Below, in pieces: positions 50,081 to 61,717 of a stretch of 64,000 bases of DNA (position 1 is its first letter; each line of letters starts with the position of its first letter). Under the pieces are notes generated by a model. The model was not told where the DNA came from and made no database searches. It saw only the letters and a list, made by a program, of their open reading frames with translations. Origin of the DNA: Ylistrum balloti (Eukaryota); assembly GCF_031769215.1 (NCBI RefSeq), contig NW_026781893.1, forward strand, positions 744,001 to 808,000, written 5' to 3'. The translations under genes and the position numbers were made by a program.

Positions 50081-51295
50081 TGCTGATTGGGAAACCAATC
50101 CTTATCAAACAACATGTATATTTTTCCATTGAAATAATAACATTACTGATCCATATGAAAATGCAAATTGGGGTTTGTTACTCTTGTGAGCATTTGAGAT
50201 ATTAATATATATATTCAAAATTACTTCTGGTTTTTGTTTGTTTCTCTGAAACGTTATGGCATCTCCTGTCGATTTCAGTTATTTATCGACACCGTGTTCT
50301 GATTGATCTGTTTACGACAAACTCTATCAATGAGATATTTGACGTTCATATGACATAAGATATTGAATGAGGGGGACCCACTTCCGAGTTACCTTAACCA
50401 CATGTCCATGACGGCTGAGTGGTGATCACCTATATGGTGGGTTCAATGGCTGTTTACTGTTATCATCTGATCTCGATCGTTGCGTCGTTTATTGTAACGC
50501 TCTGTTGGCCAAGCAATGATTAATGATTGTTTGCCCTGAAGGCTACGTCAGATGTCGTGTTTCTAACTATTAATGCAAGGTTTTTACAACAGCATGTTTT
50601 GTATTGAAGTTATTTTAGAAGGTTTTGTGTATTTTTTGTTGTTGTTGTCCCGATGATATGTTGAATATCATCACCATATGTCATTACTATCGAGTGGTGA
50701 CTTATTATCTGTTTTAATTCTCAGGATGTAAACAATGTATACACATAAATCTGGAAAAAGGATTACTATATGTACGCCGTTCCATAATCACTGCGGTAAT
50801 TAGAAACATGAGCCTTTCCATCAGGTTTACCGTAGCATATCCTGCTTATGTGGTTATCGAAATTTGATAGTTTGTGAATGTGCCGTATTTGATTGTAGGC
50901 GTTAAACTTTTTAATCAGGTGTCATGACGTCATTCTTTCCCTTTGACTTCCTTTTATGCTAATCTACATGTCACATCTTCATTTAATGCAAATGTACCTT
51001 TTTAAATTTTGAAATTATCAGATATATGAAGATTACGAGAGTATTGAAATTTCCATCACTCCATCTAGATGTTGACTTTCTTTCGATCAGTTTGGATTTT
51101 CCTCAGTCGCCTGTATAATACATTTTAATTTATCATTTGGCTCTTTCCTAAATTTGTATCAGAAGGTGCTATTCAATTATATGTTTGTTGTACAATCATT
51201 GAACTTTATAAAATACATGGAATCATTGGGTTGGTGCACCGCCCCATTTATTTCAACAATTTTTTACCCAAGTTGCCTCCTTGGTTTCAACATTT

Positions 51296-51358
51296 TAGGA
51301 CCTGACGAGTCCAGAAAGGACGCAACAGCTGTGTGACGCATTATATGGCTGTATTCTA
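51296..51358 (+). ncRNA. Type I hammerhead-ribozyme-like motif, copy 1 (core GAAA changed to GCAA)
   Basis: TAGGA-C-CTGACGA-GTCC(agaaa)GGAC-GCAA, then a 12-bp stem III with 4 G-U pairs and loop CGCA, then GTA-TTCTA. All three stems pair. Confidence 0.8.
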
Positions 51359-52966
51359 TTTTAAACTTTTATTGAACAGTGTTTTTTATTTCTTTAACAA
51401 TATTTTCCTATTTGTTCCAGTTTGTAATGACTACTGCCGTATTTGTTTTACAGATAAACAAATAAACAGATTGGCACTGTGCTTCCAGTTTATCATAATG
51501 GGTTTTTATTACGGTCACAATATATAATTATGACACACTACCTCTGTAGTACCTCTCATGACAAAACATACCTTAATATCACAACATTTCTATCTTATTA
51601 ATTTGCTTCTTGCACAATTAAGTTTTATTATTACACTTAAGTTTTGTAACTTTCTTAATAATTTTCAGTTCTTTGCAGCAACATTTCTCTAGATATTGTT
51701 GAACAATGGAAATTGCTCAATTATTAGCACACAAAGCATGAGTACTGATAAATATTACTTACATCATGGAAAGCAAAAGTAGGATAGAAAGGCACACTTC
51801 CATAGTAATTATCATTTGCTGGATCAAACATTTCAAAAACTTCTGAAAGGGAGAGCTGTCCCTTACCAAACCAGTTGCAGTTGTTTTCTTATTCAAATCA
51901 TAAATAAACTTTCCTTTGTTTAGATAAATCAAAATTTATTTATACCGATACCAAAACATTTGACTGGATACTTATTCTATTGACCCAAGGCCATGTATAT
52001 GGACATGTTGATTCATCTGCCAGTTTCTATCCTCTACAGAAGTCATCATCCTTTTCGTTTCCATGCTCATAATAATGACGTTGCAATGACCACTCCGCTA
52101 AAAGTCATTAATTGTACAATGAATCTCACTCCTTTTTGTCCAGAATGTTAATATTATGGCTTTACATTTGGTTCGGGGTTTTTTTTTCGATTAAATTTAT
52201 ACAATTATGGTTTGTTAAATCTCACCTTTCCGTCCTCGTCTTTCCGAGTTTTATTTTTCTGTATGACCAAAATGACGATCTCAAAATCACTACGGTGAAT
52301 AATTTCGCCTCTCAATACCTTTCTGGACATCGTCTAGCCGTAAGTTCATTCACGTGCGAGTACATAATCCGCAGCCCTCCAAATAACTCTTGGAAAGATT
52401 GAAGTTCAAGTCACCAACTCTCATTCTATAAAGTGTATCTCATAAAGAAACGAAATTACAGATGATATATATATTTTATGAAATAAGTCATATATACAAT
52501 AATTAAGTGAGATGTATTATATACTATATGAGGTAAGATAACTCATATAGAAATTAAATGAGACATTTTAAACTATATGTGAGTTAGGCATACGAGATAT
52601 CTAATATATTATATGATATATATTGTATAGTATAAATGGTTTGCCATACTTATTGGCTTACTTCACTATTGAGTGATGACGTAGGTTTAAATCATATCAG
52701 TTTGTTTCGACATTGTCATTCTGTGACATTGATTGATATTGTAAAGTTTGTTCTTACAGCTACCGATATTTTATGCTGCGGTATATTCTGTTAATACATT
52801 TTGATACTCTAGCATATTTGTTAAAGGTGTGTTGTGCTGTTATAAAATGTACATTTTGACATTAAAATATAGGGATTTCGTCCCTACATGCGGTCATATT
52901 TCGTATGTGAAATTCTACAAAAGATACGCAAGTTATTAGCGAACACCTTTTGAGACAAATTCGGAC

Positions 52967-53078
52967 TTAGATACAGTTGGGCTAAAAAGTGAATTAAACG
53001 TCATTTTCCAGCTGATTCGTCCTTCTAGAACTCGTCTGTAACGACAAGCTTAAAGCATTGCAACCTAAGAGGCGATTG
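52967..53078 (-). ncRNA. Type I hammerhead-ribozyme-like element, copy 2 (degenerate)
   Basis: Minus strand: CAATCGCCTCTTAGGTTGCAA...CAGACGA-GTTC(tagaa)GGAC-GAAT-CAGCTGG...CCAACTG-TA-TCTAA. Colinear with copy 1. Confidence 0.7.
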
Positions 53079-55361
53079 AGAAATATCGAAGGTGATCGAA
53101 AGTTGCACTAGTCTAATGCATCATTGGAATATACCTACCAACACCGTATTACAAGTTATAGATATTTAGACGTGTCTTTTTAATCATATATATATATACA
53201 CATGTATATCAATTTTAAATAAAACAAGTTTTAAATTGATGTGAGTCATCTATCTTAAATATATCAATTCGACAGTTAAAGGTAAAAACATCACTTTGTG
53301 TAAAGTTATTTCACTCGGTGTTAATAATGTTTCAGTCTGTCACGTATCGACATTATTTTAAGAACAAAAAACTTTTTAAAACCATAGGGGTTCTTTCATA
53401 TCAACTACACTAAGACGTTAATTTTTTGTATATGATTTTTGCACGAAAAGAAAGCAGGCGTTCATCATACAAGACGTTTATTTTATTACTGTGATATAGT
53501 CGACGATAAAACGGTCATAACCAACCTTACACAAAATATTGTCTAGATGTCTCTGTGAAAGTAAAAGGATACATGGATCAGATAACCATGAAACAAATAT
53601 ATTAAGAAAGGATAGGGAAAACATGCGTGTGGTTACTTATTCCTATGATAATTTTTTTTTTCGTTGAGGCAAAAAGATACACAAACAACAAGATAGTACT
53701 TACAGAAATGTCAACAAAACAGTCATATCGAAGAAACATGGACAACATTTAAAAAAGGAAAAATTTAGATGCGGAAAAAAGAACATGGAAAACACGACCA
53801 GTTGTTCGAGGAGGGTACGCGTCTTCTTCTTCATGGACGACACTCGTCATAAAAATTTGGGAAAATCCAAGATAAAGTAACGCAGATGAAAATTAAATTT
53901 GTAACGATGGAAAAATGATGTTTTCAAATTGGCAACTCTATATTGGCAATAACTGGAACTCGCATATCTGGAATTTCTTGGTCCTGTGCTCAATTTTAAA
54001 TAATGCCATGATAGCCATGATAATAAAGTATACTTATTCATTAGTACACATTCCAATTGTTCTTGAACCAACTGGGTGTTAGTAGTTATCTTTTGGTGTC
54101 ATGCTGTAATGATACCGAACATAAATTCTAATCTATCACTTGTACATTTAACAAATCTGACCACAGATGAGGTCTTTGGAGGGCTAATTCATCGATGTTT
54201 GAAAATCATCATCATTTATATGTTAAGTGATACCGCCAAGGGATAGGCTGAAGGACATCACTTTATAGTTTTAGAAAAGTAAGAGAAGATTCATCAATTT
54301 TTACTGATTGACTTTGCTCTCTGCAGATGGCTCTGTTTTTTTAACCTTCTGATCAAAACAGTCTGCTTCTACAAGTCGGTACTTCACATGTTGTGAAAAT
54401 TCTCATTCCGACAGTTTCTGATTATATGTAGTCACAATCTTAGGATATCCTTAATTATATCAATACAAGATTGTTATTCTTGGAGAATTCTACAAGAATT
54501 CAAATGCTGAAGACGTCAACAAAACGACTTAAAGATTACTTTTTTAGTAATTGTTCGGTCAATGTTAGCCTGTAGATCTGAGTGTTTGCCCTAACCAGGA
54601 TCTCTTTGTGCGATTTGAAGCTAGACGTGTTTGATGTTCATTGTCTTGCATGTTGGTTCCGTTGTTGTATACCTTGTTCTTATGTTCTTGAGAACGTGAC
54701 ATTACATACCTGGATCGATCAAGGTTTACATGTAGGGTGTGGTTGATGAAGCACCTGGTCTTATTCTCTTTGTACTGTTTCAGGAGTTTCCGTGTAAATC
54801 TTTCATTTGTTCATATTTGCCCTGGTTTTATTGTGTTTGGATAATGATGATGTTCACATGTTGGTATGTTCTTATTGTTTTTATATTAGCTACCAGAACC
54901 TCTAACTCTGACAGGACGTCTTGCACAACACGACAAATGTCTAATTTTTCGTCTTTTGTGAACCGTTGGTGCTTGTCTATGTTTTTTCTCTCTCTGAATT
55001 TAGCTGCTCCCTTCTTTGTACAAAATGCAGCCAAAAGGTAGAGTTATGCACACAATGACCATGCTATTGTAACATCTAACGCTGTGACTCAAAGCTGACT
55101 GAACATGTGAATAGAGTGTATGTCAGTAAGGTCAAACATCTCTCATTATAGATGTATCATACAAAAAAGTTGTTTACAACTACAATTTAAGTACAGTACA
55201 TTGATGAGGCATACGACTTTCTGACCGCTATTGAAGCATCACAGCCCTTGATGGTAAAGGTCACTTGTTTCATTCAATTAGAACTGCACGTTTGATCAAC
55301 CAAATGGACAAATGTTAGACTATCAGTCGTTCTTGTCTAGTGGTATTCTGGGTGTTGCGGG

Positions 55362-55369
55362 TATATAAA
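55362..55369 (+). promoter_or_regulatory. TATA box of the Pro/Ser/Thr-rich gene
   Basis: TATATAAA lies 37 bp upstream of an in-frame ATG (55406) and a consensus donor AG|GTAAGT (55422|55423). Confidence 0.6.
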
Positions 55370-55405
55370 CAATATACACCTCATTCTCCTACTCCAGAAG
55401 GGCTA

Positions 55406-58400
55406 ATGGCACAAACTCATAGGTAAGTTCAGGCGTTTACTGAAAACAACATCTATTCATGTTTATAAACAAATCTCGAACATATTTCGATCTATTTTAA
55501 GATTCCGTATGACATTGACCATGATGTTTATCATGTAACATTTATTGAATATTTAAATAATCGGAACTTTCTTAGTTTTTTGTTTATTAACGATGTTTAC
55601 CTGGCATTAACATTACGCTAAATTAGATCTGATGACATAGGCTAATCTAATTGTTCCGCGTGAAAATATATCGTTTAAAATTTCAAAGGATATTTATTTT
55701 ATTTTATTTATTTTTTTATATCTTTAATGTATTTTCTGTCACTGCAAAATACCGTAAAATAAAAACATGCGCGCACGTTCGTTCTGACAATTATTGATGT
55801 ACTCTTGAAGATCTACAATTTTTTCAATCTAGTTCCTTCACCATATTTTGAATTTTTGGTTCTACAGCTGGACTTTCTGATATTTTCAATATGGAAATAC
55901 CATGACTTTCTGAAATTGACAGGGGTAGTTCATTGCTTTACAGCTGCGTAATACACCGAAAATTTAGGCTGTCAATCAACATGGATTTTATCGATCCATT
56001 ACTCCTCCAAAGACCATGGCGTGTCCCAGAAGGTTTCGAATTGTTCTCAAAGCAGTAGTCTTTGTTCAACAACGCGACCGCAAGTTATGGCAAAACCGCT
56101 TCTAAATGGACATGTCAACAATAAAGGAGATCAAAGGTGTCATCTTGTGTTAGGCAAATGCAAGAGCTCTGAGCTCAGCAAGTAAGCCGCTTCTAATTGT
56201 AACTCGTTCTAGGATGAGTCAAGGTTTTAGCGTTCTGAAGACCCAGGCGACCTTGTGCTTATATCGGTGTCCACAAACGCATTTAAGATACTTGTGTTAT
56301 ACCGAATTGTCGTACTGTGATCGGTCATTATACACTAAAGATTTTCGCATAGTATTGTGATCAATGTGGTCTTTGTCGAATTGTCAATACCGTTTATATA
56401 GACCATATTCAAGCAATACAAGAAGATATTTTACTAGGAAAGCATCAACAACACGCCTTGCCACATACTTGTGACTTTGCTATAGGTTTCAAACGGCAAG
56501 GTTACCAGATTAGAATGAGATGGAGACCGAAACTTCTGACGAACGTCTCTCGTATAGCGGTGGGTAAACAAGATAATAGTTTGTCAAGGCGAATAGTAAC
56601 ATTAAAGTGCATAAAGGAGTTTGTGCTTATAGTGCATCTCCTCAAGGTATGCAAGATATTAATGTGTGACACAGAAAATTAATTGGCAATCCAAACTTGT
56701 TTTCTGAACATAACAATAGAATTATTACATAAGTTGAATATGTTACTTTAACAAACTGTAGTTGACTGGTATATTAAGAAGTGTGTTCCGTTTTCTTTTG
56801 TGTGTGTATGCCATAACTTAATTTTCCTGAGAGTGTTTTGTACAATCTAAAAGAGAGATGCAATATCGTTAGATGTGTAGAAAGAACATATAAAACAAAA
56901 AGAAAAGATAAATGAGAGTAAAAGATATTTAATTGAGGACATTAACTAGATATGTAATTTAAATATCGTTGACAACATAGCCATACAGCTCTTAGGTGTT
57001 TTCCATGATAATGGTGCTTTTCGGTCACGGTGGTTTATCTAGAATTCTTAAAGACCATGTTGCAATTTAGCCTTATGTTTATTCATTTCTGATAATTGCA
57101 TTATTTCAATCTGTTTTAGGATAATCATCATGGAAAAAAGAAAAAGGTCGATTAAATTTCTTTGTATCATCGGGTATTTGCAAAGCGTAGTTTCATCTGT
57201 GAATGCGTTACCGCCCGCGGTGGAACAACCCAATGACCCAGGAACAAACATTTTACCTATAACGCCCCCCAAAACAGCCGACGTGACCAATAGCGTTTTC
57301 AGCCTCACAGCCAGTTCTGAAGGCACACGTTCAGTAAATTCTGACCCAAATTTTGCGAGCGCAGAAAAAATGATCAACAATGCCATAAATCCCCAAGTGT
57401 CCAATGAGGCTACAAAATTCATCGCAGCTGACGAAACACCTCTCGCATTTCGCCGATTTCGCGCGGAATTGTCATCTTCACAGTCTACCAACTCGAATAT
57501 CGGAGATGGGTCGAAAAGTGTGTCCTCAATAACAACAACACAGGGCAACACAGATATCGATCGAGCAACATCAACGGCTAATAATGGAAGAGCGTTAGGA
57601 GGATTCATTGCAACTGTTGCGTCACCTCCTTCACAGATATCAAGTGGAGTTCAGTTTATGCCTTCAGCAATGAGATATGCCATACGACCACCAGGAGTGC
57701 AATTTTCAACGCTTGACTTGACCGGTTTGTCATCGCGTCCGCCTATACTGTCGTATATACCTTCTGCTTCATTTTCTGCTCCTGTTGCACAGTCGAACTC
57801 CATCCGCTTACTTCCTAAAACGTTCCGTACATTTTATCAAAATACACCGACATCCCCAATCCTGCCTTTTGTTGGTTCTAATTCTGGATTATCGTCTTTG
57901 TCTTTTCCACCAACACCTATGGAAGTGCCGCCAATTTCATCTTTCTCTTCTCCTATCCCGATTCACCAGCAGCAGCAGCGACAACAACAAATTTCTTCAG
58001 TGCCAACAGTAACTGTTTCTGAATCCCCTAGTGTAACCTTTTCTTCTGCACCTATTTCAACATCTGTAAGTCCTTCTATTCCATCCAGCCAAATCTCCTA
58101 TGCTCCCAAACCACCTCTCACTAGTCTCACGACAGTCAATATGATACCTGGTCCACCGAAGACCGTATTTCAATCACCACCTCCACCTCAAACGACTGTT
58201 ACAACATTTGCTAACTCTCCGGGTCCTTCTCCACAGACCATGCAACTACAACCATTTCGGCCTCTAGCAACTGTAACAGCATCCTCTGACACTATACCTC
58301 CTCCATCGCAGACCATACAATTTCAATCACCACCTCAAACGACTGTTACAACATTTCCTAACTCTCCAGGTCCTTCTCCACCGGCCGTACAGCGACGAAC

Positions 58401-59890
58401 ATTTCGTCCTCAAACGACTCTTACAGCATTTGCTAACTATCCAGGTCCTTCCCCACAGGCCATACAACTACAACCAATTCGGCCTCTAGCAACTGTTACA
58501 GCATCCTCTGACACTCTTCCTCCTCCTACGCATACCGTACAATTTCAATCACCACCTCCACCTCAAACGACTATTACAACATTTCTTAACTCTCCAGGTC
58601 CTTCTCCACCAGCCATACAAACACTTCATCCTCAAGCGACTGTAACAACATTCTCTAACACTCCACTTCCTCCTCCTCCAACCATACAATTACAGTCATC
58701 ACCTCCAACTGCGATTGAGACACCAGTGCAAGCATCTACAGTAATGACGCCTCAACCCCCAATAAACATTGCTCCATTGTCTTCGATGGGCGTAGGTCCT
58801 TCATCCGTACCATCCTTTACATCAATTCCTTTATATCACACAGCAGTACAAGCCCCAGGTATTGCGCCGCTTTCATTCCCATTGGCTTCAGGCACACAAA
58901 ATATTTTTGGAGTAGGTATGTCACCCCCTTTCGTTGGTCAAGAAGGCGGTTTTGGTACCAACTTTGGAAGTGTGGGAATAGGAGGAGGAGGAGCAGGCGG
59001 AGGAGAAATTATGGGAACAAATTCCGGCACTCTACCAGCCGCAGTCTCTTCAATATCTCGGTCATTCAATGAGTTCTTGTCACCAATCATGTCAGCGTTT
59101 GAGGTATGCTTAAATGTTGGCACCAAAGATCTCTCTTTAACATGTCAAAAATATACTAGTAAGATTTCGTCTGAATAATTCTTACTACAAATGATACGTT
59201 ACGATACAATAAAGTGTAGGTAGTGATGGTTCTCGTGTAGATAACTGTTATAGTTAAGGTGTAGTAAGTGATTCTAAACATGTAAATCACTATTATCTAA
59301 GATATCATATAGTGTATTTAGAGGTGGTTCACGTGTTAATAACAATTGTGGAAGTGCGATACATTATATATTAACGTAACGGTCATTTATCTAGAAAATA
59401 TACATTAACAATATGTCATACAACACCCGGTATTAAAAGGAATAGCCCTTAAAGAAATAGTATAGCTTATCCTTGCTGTTCATATAGGAGAGACGTCATG
59501 GCAGTGTCTTCGAACAGTCCTACGTTCTCAGTTGTCTGCCACTTGAATTTCATTATCATTATGAGATTGCCGTCTTGTTTAGATATTTGCGATATTCGAT
59601 TAGATCTATTTTATATGAGAACATGTCATTACTTATTTCTGATCAAGATATACAACATAGATATCGTCCATGAAGTAAAAGACGCTTTACCTTTCGGAAC
59701 CTGCTCTTATTCTCCTTTTACTATCAAAAAGACCTACAAATCATATGTTTGCGTATGCCTCATTGATTATGAGTTTGAATGAAGATTTCTTTAACATACC
59801 TGTATTTTCTTCTTGTTTTAAAACCATGTTTTGGTATATTTTATGTGTATGTCTGATATCTTTTATTCATTCAATTTTCAGGCATTTTAA
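55406..59890 (+). CDS. Orphan secreted Pro/Ser/Thr-rich (extensin/mucin-like) protein, 660-669 aa
   Basis: Exons 55406-55422 (MAQTHR, phase 2), 57120-59103 and 59882-59890 (AF*). The alternative start is ATG 57130. Signal-like KRKRSIKFLCIIGYLQSVVSSVNA|LPP. The 2-kb open frame has internal ~25-aa repeats and a Gly-rich tail. The small first and last exons are less certain than exon 2. Confidence 0.8.
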
Positions 59891-60730
59891 CGAAGAAGTT
59901 CTCCTGGGCTACGTGTTTGATTAATTGTTACATGAATTTGTTATACTGTATTTTCTTATTCTGTAATACACGAAGTAATTTATGCATTAACTTGTTTTGT
60001 TGGTTATTCTGAGTATATATACTTTTATAGACAGTAATTTTTTTTGACGAAATGAGGCAAGCACATAGCCTAAGAAACCTTAACAAACAAATAACTGACG
60101 AAACGAAAAAAAAATCAAGATCTGATACATACTTGTACCAAAGGAACTTCGAAGTCAATGTTGTATAAACAATAGGTTTTGTTTCCATCGATGCAAGAAT
60201 ATAGATATTCAAAATGCTGCTTCTCCATTCAAAAGCTCGTATTCGTAATAATGATGGTTAATCCCAACAAGGAAAAGAGAGGTAAATATATATAAAAAAA
60301 ACTTCATATGGACTTTATTCATTCTTCTGAAATACTATTGTATTTCACCATCACAGACGACAATATGTATATGTAATCTCAGTTACTTTGACACAAATAA
60401 CATGACATCTCTACCTCAGCGAGCCCAATCGTTATCGAATTGTGTAAATGTATTCATACGTTCTGTATGTGGAGTGTTGTAATGCAGTGAGAAATTCATA
60501 GATAAAACCAATGCGATTCGTAAATACGTTCGGGAGGTAAAGTTTTGGTGCAATGTTGAAAGGAATAATAAAACATATGAATACAGTTTTAATGCAATGA
60601 GCAATGATAAACTGTTCTGAGAGAATAATGCGATTTATTAAATTCCTTAGGGATGTTACCTTCGATAGATTGACAGAATTCGTTGAATGGATATACTGTG
60701 AATCTAACGTTTGAAACCACTAAAAACTGA

Positions 60731-60940
60731 TACTGTAAGATCATTCATTTTCTTTTATTTTTTGTTCATTCGTGAAAACCTTTAATCAACAAATTTATAT
60801 CTCGACAAGCTGTTAAAATTAGTATAATCAGGTGTATTGATCTAGATTTATTCGGGATATCAGGTGTACACGAAAGAGTATATTAGAAAGAAAATAAATC
60901 ATGAAAATTGAGCCCCATGGAAACCCCCCGATTTTACAGT
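60731..60940. mobile_element. Tc1/mariner-type MITE
   Basis: Terminal inverted repeats TACTGTAA...TTACAGTA with TA at both ends. Related to 10194-10363. Confidence 0.65.
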
Positions 60941-61623
60941 ATTCCACAACGTACTTTAATTAATGAACGCGATTGAGAAATCAAATCAACATGTCGAAAT
61001 TTCAAACCCAATATTGTTTCAATGGGTTGTGAGAATGCCATTTTTTCGCGGGTATAAGAACAATGAAAATATCTATACTTTGGAGTGATACCATATGGAT
61101 CTTGATGAAGTGGTACAGCCAGTTAGCTACCAAGTCATGTGATTTATCACACCAGTACAATGGACATCACTACAACGACACGAGAGAATACTTTCTGATG
61201 GAACTCATCGCATATTAAAAACAAAACAATAGATGGAAACATGAATATTTTCAAAAAAGCTTGAGTGATATATTTATGCTACCAATAAATTAATTTTACT
61301 TGTTTTTTTTTTAAATACAACAAATAAAGTGTGAAATAATAAGCAGTTTTTTTTTATAGCTTTTTGAGATAGTGGTAGTGAGGTAGTGAGCACGAATGGT
61401 GGACTGTAGTCCCGAGAATATAATTTCATTTAACACTTAAATCCGTAGCGTCACACCGATTAACGGTACTCTTCAATATATACATATTTACAATACATTA
61501 TTTTCAGAAATTCACTAAATTTTGGATTTTAGGAAATTTAACGAAAAAAAACGTTATGCGCCTCTCTATGATAAATCCTTTGTTTCGGAATAACGGTGTA
61601 AGTGCCAGCCGACATTTTATCCT

Positions 61624-61717
61624 CACGTTTGCCCTCTCGGTTTCCATATCTTGGGCATCGACACGAAAGCCCGGAAGGACGAAACAGTTGTATGTTTTTT
61701 TCATATACTATATCCGA
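61624..61717 (+). ncRNA. Type I hammerhead-ribozyme-like element, copy 3 (CUGANGA scrambled)
   Basis: CACGTTTGCCCTCTCGGTTTCCATATCTTGGG...GCCC(ggaa)GGAC-GAAA-CAGTTGTATG(T-loop)CATATACT-A-TA-TCCGA. Colinear with copy 1. Confidence 0.65.

Noticed and set aside
50405-50450. A-box-like GGCTGAGTGG and B-box-like GGTTCAA
   Set aside because: Spacing is far too short for a Pol III promoter, and there is no cloverleaf.
54165-54200. CAGATGAGGTC... as a fourth hammerhead
   Set aside because: Stem II does not pair, GAAA is missing and there is no family leader.
54828-55034. Protein-like minus-strand ORF (QRFTKDEKLDICRVVQDVLSELE)
   Set aside because: Flanked by stops with no splice sites. Possibly a retroelement ORF1 relic, but unassignable.
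56020-56120. FRSGFAIT resembling a tyrosine-recombinase HSFRSG motif
   Set aside because: The His is absent, there are in-frame stops on both sides and no other recombinase motifs.
57048-57608. 186-aa antisense ORF (also 48880-49155 and 58938-59126)
   Set aside because: Shadow frames opposite genuine coding exons.
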